The position numbers and the translations under genes are program-made. Of a DNA stretch of 35,265 nucleotides, positions 1 through 9,009 are shown one piece after another. Under the pieces are notes generated by a model. It was not told the DNA's origin. It saw nothing but the letters and a program-made list of their open reading frames with translations, and did not search any database. The number at the start of each line of letters is the position of its first letter. Position 1 is the first letter of the stretch. The stretch lies in contig JAUYDD010000011.1 of assembly GCA_030704765.1 (NCBI GenBank), forward strand, positions 1-35,265, given 5' to 3'. Source of the stretch: Nanobdellota archaeon (GTDB lineage Archaea; Nanobdellota; Nanobdellia; Pacearchaeales; GW2011-AR1).

Positions 1-64
1 TTTTTGCCACAGCTAAAAAATCGCCTGCTGGCGAGTGTGGTTTGATTGGCCCTTGTTTTTAGGA

Positions 65-139
65 TGCTCGAGAATTGAAAACTGTAACATTTGCTACGAC
101 CACATGATAAATCATGAGGTTTTCAATTCTCGACATAAT
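65..139. repeat. 75-bp internally palindromic dispersed repeat (REP/MITE-like), copy 1
   Basis: Arms TCGAGAATTGAAAAC (68-82) and GTTTTCAATTCTCGA (119-133) are inverted repeats; the reverse complement of 65-139 matches 35063-35137 with one mismatch. Confidence 0.9.
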
Positions 140-265
140 AAAAGTTTTTTTAGATGGATAAAAGCGGAAGCTCAACAACCGACCTTTTTGTGAACTAGCC
201 ATTTTGTCTTGGCGAAGGGCAGCAGCATCGAACACTTCAGTTAGCTTTTTACAGAAACTTTATTA

Positions 266-1162
266 TTAGAATCTCAACTTATCTTTTTTTAGAATGTTAA
301 TTAAGGAGCTAATAAAAGGCTTTAAGTCTTCCTGATATTGTGCTTTTTGAAGAACTTCATAATATTTGAATCTTCTTCTTTTTGGAATATTTATCATAGG
401 ATATTTATTTTTATGCAATATAAAATTTATTAATAATCTTCCAACTCTTCCATTTCCATCAACAAAAGGATGAATTTTTTCAAATTCAGTATGAAAGTAT
501 GAGGCTAAAACAATAGGATTCAATTTACTTTTATTTGTTGAACACCATTTTAACAAATGAGCCATTTTATTAGGTACCTCTGATGCGTTTGGAGGAACAC
601 TCCCACCTACAAATACTTGAACATTCCTGTATTTTCCTATTTGAGAAACTAAATCTTCTCTTAAGGTATTAAACACAACCAATCTATGCAGTTCTAATAT
701 AAATTCCTTGGTTAATTCTCTATTATAATTCAGCATGTAATCAAATGCTTTTTTATGATTTATGGTCTCATTAATCTCTCTTAAAGATTTTTCTTTAGGA
801 ACAATTCCTTCAAATAATAAAAAGGATGTTTCAGATAAAGTCAAAGTATTTCCTTCTATACCTGTTGAATCATAAGTAAAAAGTGAACAAAATGCTTCAT
901 ATCTATTTTCAAAATTTTCTTTTGGTTCTTTAGAAAAATCTTTTTTTATTTCTTCTAAAAACTTTATTTCTTCAACAGAAAGCATTGCCTCAAAAATTTT
1001 TAATTTTTTATCTGCATCTTTTTCCTTTTTTTTAAGTTCTTCTTTGTTTAGATTAACTCCTAAGTAAATTCTTTCTTTTCTTACTTTTTCCCCTTTTCTA
1101 ATTACCCTTACCCTGTAAAAATACTCTCTTCCTTTTTTTTCCTGAATTTCAGTATGTACCAT
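266..1162 (-). CDS. Fic-domain protein (AMPylase family)
   Basis: Canonical Fic motif HPFVDGNGRVGR; STGIEGN resembles the inhibitory (S/T)xxxE(G/N) motif; 298 aa. Confidence 0.93.
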   Translation of the reverse strand: MVHTEIQEKKGREYFYRVRVIRKGEKVRKERIYLGVNLNKEELKKKEKDADKKLKIFEAMLSVEEIKFLEEIKKDFSKEPKENFENRYEAFCSLFTYDSTGIEGNTLTLSETSFLLFEGIVPKEKSLREINETINHKKAFDYMLNYNRELTKEFILELHRLVVFNTLREDLVSQIGKYRNVQVFVGGSVPPNASEVPNKMAHLLKWCSTNKSKLNPIVLASYFHTEFEKIHPFVDGNGRVGRLLINFILHKNKYPMINIPKRRRFKYYEVLQKAQYQEDLKPFISSLINILKKDKLRF

Positions 1163-1169
1163 GAGCTTA

Positions 1170-1213
1170 TTATGACTACATGGTTTATATATTTTTCTAT
1201 CATGTAGTCATAA
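1170..1213 (-). promoter_or_regulatory. Operator-like 13-bp inverted repeat flanking the TATA box of the Fic gene
   Basis: TTATGACTACATG (1170-1182) / CATGTAGTCATAA (1201-1213) perfect IR around a TATA-like ATATATAAA on the minus strand, about 25 bp upstream of the ATG. Confidence 0.6.
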
Positions 1214-1268
1214 AGAATTGTAGAAACAAATAGTTTTTATTCGCTTATGTGAAGCGGCGTTCTACCTT

Positions 1269-2453
1269 TCAAATATCAGAAGCGATTATAAATCCTTTTT
1301 TATCAACAAATTCTTTTGAAATTACATAAAATTCCCTTAATTTTAAACTATTTGCAATTCTTTTTAATTTTTTATAATCTTTTTCATCTCCCTTATTTTT
1401 AACTTCTAATGCTATGTTTTTTTCAGATAAAATAAAATCAATCTCTCCTCCGCTCCTTTTTTCATAGTATTTTATCTCTCCGTAATCCCTGAGGTTTGTA
1501 AAAATAGCATTTTCTAAAAGATTTCCCTCTTCGCATTTTCCAATATATCTTCCCATTCCATTATCACATATATAAATTTTTTTTGTCCCGCTTACTTCCC
1601 TATCTATACTTTTTGTTAATGGTGAGATTAGATTAATAAAATAAGTTTTCTCTAAAAAAGAGATATATGAGTAAATTGTTTCTCTTGAAACCCCAAGTTC
1701 GGATGATAATTTAGAGATGTCTAGTTTTGTTCCTATTCTTCTTAACAAAAGCAATAATAAATCTCTAAACTTATTTATTTCTTTAAAATCTGCTAAACCT
1801 TGTACGTCTTTTTCAAAATAAGATTTAAAAATATCTAGCAATAATTCTTTTTTCTTTTCAATGTTCTCTGCCAAAACAACCTGCGGAAATCCTCCAAACT
1901 CAAGGTATTCTTCATAAAGCTTTTTTGTTTTTTCGTATATTATTTTGTTTTTGTTTTTTTCTTTTTCCCTGAATTTTTCATAAAATTCCTTTTTATAATC
2001 TTTAAATAATAAAAATTCTTCAAAATCAAGTGGAAAAAGTTCAAAGATAATTTTTCTGCCAGATAGGCTTTCTGGAAATAAGTTCTTAAGATAAAAACTA
2101 CTTGAGCCTGTCAAAAAAAATTTCACATTATAATGGTCGTAGAGATATTTTACCACTTTAACAATATCCGGTTTTGCCTGAATTTCATCAAGGAAAATAA
2201 AAGCCTTGGTTTTATTGTCTATACCAAAAGATTTTAAATTTGCCCAGATATTATTATAGTCTTCTTCTTCGAAAATCTTTTGATTAAGAGGATTTTCCAT
2301 ATCGAAAAATCCTTTATTTTTAGTTTCTATTCTATCAAAAATCATACTAAAAAGAGTTGTTTTTCCAACTCTTCTCATTCCAGTTACAACTATAATCTCC
2401 TTATCCTTGATTCTTTGCATGAGTTTTTCAAAAAGCTTTCTCTTATATAACAT
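1269..2453 (-). CDS. AAA+ superfamily ATPase (AAA_14 + DUF4143-type C-terminal nuclease-like domain)
   Basis: Walker A GMRRVGKT, Walker B FLDEIQ, LTGSS, GGFP, KKIYICDNG, EIDFI...IALEVK motifs. Confidence 0.9.
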   Translation of the reverse strand: MLYKRKLFEKLMQRIKDKEIIVVTGMRRVGKTTLFSMIFDRIETKNKGFFDMENPLNQKIFEEEDYNNIWANLKSFGIDNKTKAFIFLDEIQAKPDIVKVVKYLYDHYNVKFFLTGSSSFYLKNLFPESLSGRKIIFELFPLDFEEFLLFKDYKKEFYEKFREKEKNKNKIIYEKTKKLYEEYLEFGGFPQVVLAENIEKKKELLLDIFKSYFEKDVQGLADFKEINKFRDLLLLLLRRIGTKLDISKLSSELGVSRETIYSYISFLEKTYFINLISPLTKSIDREVSGTKKIYICDNGMGRYIGKCEEGNLLENAIFTNLRDYGEIKYYEKRSGGEIDFILSEKNIALEVKNKGDEKDYKKLKRIANSLKLREFYVISKEFVDKKGFIIASDI

Positions 2454-2705
2454 TTTATACCTTACATATTTATATTAATTATGTAAGCTAATACCTTACA
2501 CTTTTTAAATGTTAGTATATATTTTATAAAAAGATATACTAGGAAAAGATGATTATTCATCAAAGACAGCAAATACTCCCTTGAGAAAATATAGTGGATG
2601 TTCAGGCCAAGGTTGCAGAGGGAAATATTAGGGAAATTAATTGATTGTTCTTTGGATATATTTATTATAGAAAAAGGGCATGATTCCGGGCAGGAGGCGG
2701 ATTTT

Positions 2706-4100
2706 TTATTTTCCTAAGAAAGGTGACCAAGAAGGTTCTCCATCAAAAGAAGCAAAATGATTTGTCAAGTTTTTTTGCTCACTTCAATCAGCATTCATGA
2801 AATAAATTTCATTATTAATATATCTCCAATTATTCCCTCTACTTGAAGAAAAGGCTATTTTCCTGCCATCAGGTGACCAAGAAGGTTTTTCCTCAAGAAA
2901 TGGAGTGTTTGTCAGTCTTTTTTGCTCACTTCCATCAGAGTTCATTACATAAATTTCATCATTTCCATCCCTATTTGATGTAAAAGCTATTTTCTTGCCA
3001 TCAGGTGACCATGAAGAAGATGAATCATGAGCTGGATTGTTTGTCAATCTCCTAGGTTCACTTCCATCTGAGTTCATGACATAAATTTCATAATTTCCGT
3101 CTCTATGTGATGTAAAAACTATTTTCTTCCCATCAGGTGACCAAGAATGAAATGCATCCCAAGCAGGATTATTTGTCAAGTTTTTCTGTTCAGTTCCATC
3201 AGAGTTCATGACATAAATTTCATGTTCACTATCTTTATATGACATAAAAGCTATTTTCTTCCCATCAGGAGAGCAAGAAGGAAGTTTATCTTCAACAGGA
3301 TTATTTGTCAATCTTTTCTGTTCAGTTCCATCAGAGTTCATGACATAAATTTCATAATTTCCATCTCTATGTGATGTGAAAACTATTTTCTTGCCATCAG
3401 GTGACCAAGAAGGAGATCCATCAAAAGCAGAGTTTTTTGTCAATCTTTTCTGATCACTTCCATTTGGATTCATAACATAAATTTCAAGATTTCTATCTCT
3501 ACCTGACATAAAAACTATTTTCTTGCCATCAGGTGACCAAGAAGTAGATACATCCCAATCAGGATTGTATGTCAATCTCTCCTGCACACTTCCATCAGCA
3601 TTCATAACATAAGCTTCATAATGTCCATCTCTTTTTGATTCAAAAGCTATTTTCTTGCCATCAGGTGACCAAGAAGGATATCCATTATAAGGAGGATTTT
3701 TTGTCAATCTTTTCAACATACTTCCATCCGAATTCATAACATAAATTTCATCAATTCCATCTCTATTTGAATCAAAAGCTATTTTCTTGCCATCAGGTGA
3801 CTAAGAAGGATGTCCATTATATATCGTTGGAAAATAAACAGGATTTTTTGTCAATCTTTTTTGCTCACTTCCATCAGCATTCATGAAATAAATTTCATCA
3901 ATTCTATCTATATTTGAATCAAAAGCTATTTTGGATTGTTTATATGATTTCTCTACCAAAAATGTAGATTCTCTTGATAAAGGTTCTTTTGCTACTTGTT
4001 GTGAATAAGTATTATAACCTGAAGCAACAGTTACTGCAAGCATTGCTGCTAAACCAAAATTTCTTAATCCTCTAACTAATTTTTCAAGACATCTTACCAT
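2706..4100 (-). pseudogene. Secreted TolB/PD40 (WD40-like beta-propeller) repeat protein, one 465-codon frame interrupted by two in-frame stops
   Basis: ORFs 3801..4100 and 2784..3737 are in the same frame. TAG at 3801-3803 replaces repeat-consensus TGG (SWSPDG); TGA at 2784-2786 replaces GGA (NADGSE); reading continues SEQKNLTNHFASFDGEPSWSPFLGK* to 2706. N-terminal hydrophobic signal-like segment. Confidence 0.8.
2715..3930 (-). repeat. Coding tandem repeat, mostly 132-bp (44-aa) period, about nine PD40 units
   Basis: CCATCAGGTGACCAAGAA and TTCAT(A/G)ACATAAATTTCA recur about every 132 bp; protein unit SWSPDGKKIxFxSxRDGNxEIYVMNxDGSxQKRLT. Confidence 0.9.
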
Positions 4101-4223
4101 TGATTGTCAATTATTCTATATTTTAAATATTTATTTGTGTTTTAGTGATATTATTCTTTCAACAATAATACTTAATATCATTTAAATATTAAGATGAAAC
4201 ACTGTTAAGTTGAAAAATCATCT

Positions 4224-4305
4224 GCCGCTGTGTGGGACAATGGTACTCCAACCGCTTTGAGAGCGGTGCCTTAACGGCCTCCCGGTTCGATTCCGGGCAG
4301 CGGCG
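4224..4305 (+). tRNA. tRNA-Ser (anticodon UGA)
   Basis: Acceptor stem GCCGCTG/CAGCGGC; anticodon stem ACCGC/GCGGT with loop TT-TGA-GA; long variable arm GCC-TTAAC-GGC; T arm CCCGG-TTCGATT-CCGGG; discriminator G; no encoded CCA. Confidence 0.95.
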
Positions 4306-4306
4306 T
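4294..4306 (+). repeat. attL core (13-bp direct repeat, 3' end of tRNA-Ser)
   Basis: CGGGCAGCGGCGT, identical to 34995-35007. Confidence 0.88.
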
Positions 4307-4369
4307 CCTAATAAAGTTCTATGCCGTTTTCGAGGGCGGTTTTAATAGCAGAAAAAAACGCTATTAAAC

Positions 4370-5566
4370 ATGGAACAGAAAATAGACATACATAATTATA
4401 AGGGTAGATTTGATAGTACAGTTAAAAGAATAAATGGATCTTTAGATATTTCTGATCAGGATAAACTAGCTATTAATAGGCTTAAGGATTATTGTATTTG
4501 CCAAGGTATCACCTATGGAAAGATTGATGCTTATCTTTTCTATGCTTCAAGGCTTGCTAGAATGCTCCATAAACCAATCGAACAAGCCACAAAAGAAGAT
4601 CTTATGAAAGTTGTAGCAGAACTTAATCAATCACATTATAGTGAGGAAACAAAAGTTTGTTTTAAAATTATGATCAGAAAGTTTTACAAAATGCTTAAGG
4701 GCATTGAAGAAAAAGGAAAATACCCTCCTGAGGTTGATTGGATAAATACTACAATTTCTAAAAATCATGAAAAACTGCCTGAAGAACTTTTAACAGAGGA
4801 AGAGGTTGAAAAAATAATTAGGTCTGCTCGAACTGTAAGAGATAAAGCGCTTCTTGCAGTTATTGCAGAATCTGGTTGTAGGGTTTCTGAAATAGGAACA
4901 ATGAAAATCAGACAAATCACATTTGAACAACACGGAGCTAGATTAACTGTTTCAGGAAAAACTGGAACTAGAAAAATTCTTGTTATTAGCACTACTCCTT
5001 ATTTAAGAGAGTGGCTAAACCAACATCCTTTAAATGACAATTCTGATGCTTATTTATGGTATAATTCTGGGAAAAATTCTTTTTTATCCTATGCAAGAAT
5101 AGCCCATATATTAAAAGCTGCAGCTAGTAAGGCTGGAATAAAAAAAAGAGTCTATCTTCATTTACTAAGACATACAAGAGCAACAAGAATGGCTAATATG
5201 ATGAGCGAAGCAGCAATGAAACAATATTTTGGATGGACTCAGAGTTCAAAGATGGCAAGTATTTATGTTCATATGTCTGGAAAAGATACTGATGATGCAA
5301 TATTAAAAGCAAATGGAATTGAAATTAAAAAAGAAGAATTCAAACAATGTTTAAAACCTCTTAATTGTGAAGGTTGCAAAACAATAAATGAGGCTACAAA
5401 CAGATTCTGCAAAGTATGTGGACTTCCATTAGTAAAAGAGGAAGCTCAAGAGATAATAAAAACAGATACAGAAAGAAAACAATATGATGAAATGATGATG
5501 AAAGCCTTAGCTGATCCAAGAATATTGGAGATTATTAAAGAGAAAATGAAAGGGATACAAAATTAA
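4370..5566 (+). CDS. Tyrosine recombinase/integrase with C-terminal Zn ribbon
   Basis: Catalytic R (SGCRVSE), K (GKTG), HxxR (HLLRHT), Y (IYVH); C-terminal CEGC...CKVCG; starts 64 bp after the tRNA. Confidence 0.95.
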   Translation: MEQKIDIHNYKGRFDSTVKRINGSLDISDQDKLAINRLKDYCICQGITYGKIDAYLFYASRLARMLHKPIEQATKEDLMKVVAELNQSHYSEETKVCFKIMIRKFYKMLKGIEEKGKYPPEVDWINTTISKNHEKLPEELLTEEEVEKIIRSARTVRDKALLAVIAESGCRVSEIGTMKIRQITFEQHGARLTVSGKTGTRKILVISTTPYLREWLNQHPLNDNSDAYLWYNSGKNSFLSYARIAHILKAAASKAGIKKRVYLHLLRHTRATRMANMMSEAAMKQYFGWTQSSKMASIYVHMSGKDTDDAILKANGIEIKKEEFKQCLKPLNCEGCKTINEATNRFCKVCGLPLVKEEAQEIIKTDTERKQYDEMMMKALADPRILEIIKEKMKGIQN

Positions 5567-5573
5567 GGTTTTT

Positions 5574-5897
5574 TTAATCTTTTGTTTTATTTTCAACTAA
5601 CAATGAGATATAAGCAATTAAGCCACTTAGTCCAATTAAAGCCCAACCTAAAAAAATGTAAGGTTTATTTTGAAGTATCATTTCTTGAGTTAGTTGATCT
5701 GTCCAAGTAAAATATAATAATTTTGACATTGTTCCAATCATTATTGCTGTTGTAAAAGAAAATATGCAGTAACCTAAAAAGGTTACAAGATGTGACCTAT
5801 CAAAAAATTTACTTTTAAGTTTTATTACTCTAATAATTAAAGTTATAATCAGAAAAATAATACCAAGTACTATTGATAAATTATCAAATCTTATCAT
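5574..5897 (-). CDS. Hypothetical membrane protein (about 3 TM)
   Basis: 107 aa with three hydrophobic segments. Confidence 0.7.
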   Translation of the reverse strand: MIRFDNLSIVLGIIFLIITLIIRVIKLKSKFFDRSHLVTFLGYCIFSFTTAIMIGTMSKLLYFTWTDQLTQEMILQNKPYIFLGWALIGLSGLIAYISLLVENKTKD

Positions 5898-5899
5898 TT

Positions 5900-6067
5900 T
5901 TATCTTGAGGTAGCAAGTTTATATCCAAAAAATCCTGCTAGAAATCCTCCTATAACTGAGAATAATAATTTATATTGATAATCGTTGGGAAGTATCATAT
6001 TTATAAATATAAAACCACCAAAAAAACCTACTATTGAATATAAAAATTTCCTTTCTTGTCTATTCAT
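5900..6067 (-). CDS. Small 2-TM Gly-rich membrane protein (55 aa, not in ORF track)
   Basis: Manual translation MNRQERKFLYSIVGFFGGFIFINMILPNDYQYKLLFSVIGGFLAGFFGYKLATSR*; stop lies 2 bp before the next ATG. Confidence 0.65.
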   Translation of the reverse strand: MNRQERKFLYSIVGFFGGFIFINMILPNDYQYKLLFSVIGGFLAGFFGYKLATSR

Positions 6068-6111
6068 AATATTCTAATGAATATTTAATTTAAAAATCCT
6101 TGCAATAATGA

Positions 6112-6381
6112 CTAATTCTCTTTATCTTCATATAAAAACATGAGTATAGGCAATACTTCTTTATTCATCTTCATCCTCTTTAATGTCTTTTCAAGTTCTT
6201 CGGATGACCGATGATAAATCATCTGATATGAAAAAGATGAGCGTTTTTCTTTTAATTTTGTAAATTCATTAAGAATTTCATTTTTCAATCTTATTGTATT
6301 CCAAGCCCTATTATTTTCATTATAACAGATTTTTCCATCTATATTAATTATTGTCTTAGGGATTAGAGGTTTTCTTTCCAT
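6112..6381 (-). CDS. Hypothetical protein (small, basic; possible DNA-binding)
   Basis: 89-aa ORF filling the gap, divergent from the TrmB operon; no motif recognised. Confidence 0.6.
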   Translation of the reverse strand: MERKPLIPKTIINIDGKICYNENNRAWNTIRLKNEILNEFTKLKEKRSSFSYQMIYHRSSEELEKTLKRMKMNKEVLPILMFLYEDKEN

Positions 6382-6540
6382 GTTCAGAGTATCACCCCTA
6401 ATAGCTATGATTTAAAATATATGAAATAATATAGTATATAAGTTAATAGCACTACTTCAGTAGTTCTATCCAAAGGTTTAAAAATACCATTTTTCTGCTT
6501 AGATTATCCCTGCGGGAAAATGAGTTCTGTGATAATTTAA

Positions 6541-7251
6541 ATGGAAAACGAAGCAAAATTACTAGGGCTAAATAGCTATGAATTCAGGGCATATCAAGCC
6601 TTGATTAGGTTAGGGAAAGCCACAGCACAAAAGATAAGCAAACTAAGTAGTGTTCCATCCAGTAGAATATATGATATATTATCTTCTCTTGAATCAAAGG
6701 GATATATTAAAACAATAAATGATAGGGTAAAGTATTTTATTGCCTCTGATCCTAAAGAAGTCATAAAATTTATTCAAAACAAAAAGAAAGAACTAGATAA
6801 TCTTGAGGTTGAATTTGGAAGGCTTGAACAGATTTATGATATTCAGGAAGAAGAACCTATACTCATTGTAAAAGGAAACAGAAATTTTCATAGACTTCTA
6901 AAGGAAAAACCAGAAGCTAAAAAATATAGATATACAATAAAATATAATTCTGTTGTAAATCCTGAATGGGTAAAAGGATATAAAAATAAATTAAAGAAAA
7001 AAGTTGATATTAAAAATCTAGTAAGATTTGATGAAAAAACCAGGAAAAATGTATTAAAATGGAAAGATGTTCTTCCTGAAATAAAGGCAATTGAAAATGA
7101 AGGAGTTTTGATGTCTTTAATTGATGATCATTATGTTATGATTGGATTAATTACTTCTAATTGTACCGTGGTAATAAAAAATGAAGCTTTTTGTAAGATC
7201 CTAAAAAAAATGTATCTTGCAACATATGAGAAAGCTGAGGTAATAAAATAA
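6541..7251 (+). CDS. TrmB-family transcriptional regulator
   Basis: N-terminal wHTH LGLNSYEFRAYQAL...VPSSRIYDILSSLESKGYI...A.DP, followed by a putative effector domain. Confidence 0.9.
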   Translation: MENEAKLLGLNSYEFRAYQALIRLGKATAQKISKLSSVPSSRIYDILSSLESKGYIKTINDRVKYFIASDPKEVIKFIQNKKKELDNLEVEFGRLEQIYDIQEEEPILIVKGNRNFHRLLKEKPEAKKYRYTIKYNSVVNPEWVKGYKNKLKKKVDIKNLVRFDEKTRKNVLKWKDVLPEIKAIENEGVLMSLIDDHYVMIGLITSNCTVVIKNEAFCKILKKMYLATYEKAEVIK

Positions 7252-7252
7252 A

Positions 7253-8428
7253 ATGCAAACACAAAAATTTAAACTAAAACAACTGAATCAAAATATTTCT
7301 TGGAGTAAATTAAATGCAGTTTCAAAGGTTTATTTATTAGGAATTTATAGAGATATTTTAGCAAATGAGCAAATAAAAAAATGTCAGCTATTAAATGATA
7401 GAGATGTTTATTTTAAAGATTCAAATATGACTCTCCAAGGAACTTCTATCTCAGGGCTAAGTTCCCCATCTATTTTAGATAAACCTATTATTTTTGATAA
7501 AAATAATTCAGTTGAACAAAATTTAGATGATTTTACTACAATTTTAGCAGAGTGTTATTTAAAAAATATGAAAGAAGATCTAAAAGTTTTCAAAAAAGCT
7601 TTTCCAGATGATCTCGAGCAGTTTAGAAAAATAGGCACTTACTGGGTCGGTCATATAAGTGCTAAAATGTTAGGCTTAATTTTTAAACTTGATATTGATA
7701 TGGATAAAATAGACCCAAAAATATATGGAATTAATGTTCCATTTTATCAATTAATGAATAACTCTAAATATAATAAATTGAAAAAACAATATTTAGAAAA
7801 AACTGATAATCATTCAATTAAATTAATAACCAAAAAAAGTTTTATTTTATCAGATTCAACCGGAGCAAGAGGAATTGTAAATGATGTTAATTCAAAAGAA
7901 ATGAATAGAATAAGAATCCTGGTTCCTTCAAATATCAATAACATACTTTTGTTTATTTCTAAATTAACTGTTAAGAAAATTAATCTTTTAAAGAGTAAAT
8001 ATAAAGAAACTGAAAAATTAAATCTGAGATCATTGGCTTTAATCTGTAGTGATACAGATTCTCCTGATGGAATTTATAGAGAACTTGGATGGCACCCAAT
8101 TGAAGGTTATCCTTTAACTCCTGGTTGCTTTATTCTAGGGTCAACTGGTTCACTAGATTTATATTGTTTGCAAGCAAAATATATCTATAGATTATCTCTA
8201 GCTGCACAAGAAGAAATGAAAAATAGTATAACAAGCAACATAAAAGGAAAATATACTCCGGTAGTCTGGTTTGGAGCATTAAGCCTTCATGCCTTAACAG
8301 AACATAAAATAGTTGATACTAAAAAATTATCTGAATTAAGATATGATGGAGACTTTGATCCTAAAAAAGAATTCTTACACTGGTTAAATAAAGAAGGAAA
8401 AGAATATCTTAGAGGAGGATTAAAATGA
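7253..8428 (+). CDS. Hypothetical protein, possibly a highly divergent CofE/F420:gamma-glutamyl-ligase-like enzyme
   Basis: 391-aa ORF is solid. Ordered weak similarity to CofE motifs: SAKMLG, ILVPSN, ICSDTD, ILGSTG, LSLAAQEEM, TPVVWFG. Function is inference only. Confidence 0.45.
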   Translation: MQTQKFKLKQLNQNISWSKLNAVSKVYLLGIYRDILANEQIKKCQLLNDRDVYFKDSNMTLQGTSISGLSSPSILDKPIIFDKNNSVEQNLDDFTTILAECYLKNMKEDLKVFKKAFPDDLEQFRKIGTYWVGHISAKMLGLIFKLDIDMDKIDPKIYGINVPFYQLMNNSKYNKLKKQYLEKTDNHSIKLITKKSFILSDSTGARGIVNDVNSKEMNRIRILVPSNINNILLFISKLTVKKINLLKSKYKETEKLNLRSLALICSDTDSPDGIYRELGWHPIEGYPLTPGCFILGSTGSLDLYCLQAKYIYRLSLAAQEEMKNSITSNIKGKYTPVVWFGALSLHALTEHKIVDTKKLSELRYDGDFDPKKEFLHWLNKEGKEYLRGGLK

Positions 8429-9009
8429 GTAGACAGGAATATTGGAATTGTAACACTGCATGCACTAAACGATTTTCAGAAACCTTTCCAAGAAGTATAT
8501 TACCAAGAATATCTTTAGGTATGATTTTAGATTTAGGATGTTCATCAGGACAAACTACCCAACATATCGCAGATATTTATCCAGATTCAGCTGTAATTGG
8601 AATTGATATTAATTATAAAAAAATAAAAGAAGCAAGAGAAATAAATACAAATCCAAACATAGAATTTTTATTAGCTGATGGATACCAAATGCCTTTCTCA
8701 AATTTAACATTTGATGCGGCTTTTTGCATGAATAATTTAAATCAAGCTATAGGGTGTGAAATGATTTCAAAAGAAAGAATCGTTGAAATAGCTAATGAAA
8801 TTGCAAGAGTAATAAAACCAAGAGGCTACCTAATGTTCTCAGGACAAGATAAATCAATTATGCAAAAGATGCATTCTGGTTTTGAAATGAGATATTATTA
8901 CTTTGATAGTAGTCCTCAACCTTCTCAAACTTTATTTGAGGCATTAAATAATAAAACAAGAAGAAGATTAAGAAAGAAATCTTTTAAAGCCGAGGTGGTT
9001 TTAAAATGA
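8425..9009 (+). CDS. Class I SAM-dependent methyltransferase
   Basis: ILDLGCSSG, VIGIDIN, ADGYQMPF, FDAAF, ARVIKPRG motifs; ATGA overlap with the upstream gene. Confidence 0.92.
   Translation: MSRQEYWNCNTACTKRFSETFPRSILPRISLGMILDLGCSSGQTTQHIADIYPDSAVIGIDINYKKIKEAREINTNPNIEFLLADGYQMPFSNLTFDAAFCMNNLNQAIGCEMISKERIVEIANEIARVIKPRGYLMFSGQDKSIMQKMHSGFEMRYYYFDSSPQPSQTLFEALNNKTRRRLRKKSFKAEVVLK

Noticed and set aside
2784..3803. Stop-codon reassignment (TGA=Gly or TAG readthrough) explaining the PD40 stops
   Set aside because: TGA ends other genes normally (1269, 8428, 9009) and so does TAG (10374, 15225); long conserved genes have no internal stops.
2715..3930. CRISPR array or DGR template/variable repeats
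   Set aside because: The period is a codon multiple encoding PD40 units, there are no unique spacers, no reverse transcriptase or cas1/cas2 is present, and the stop-causing changes are at G.
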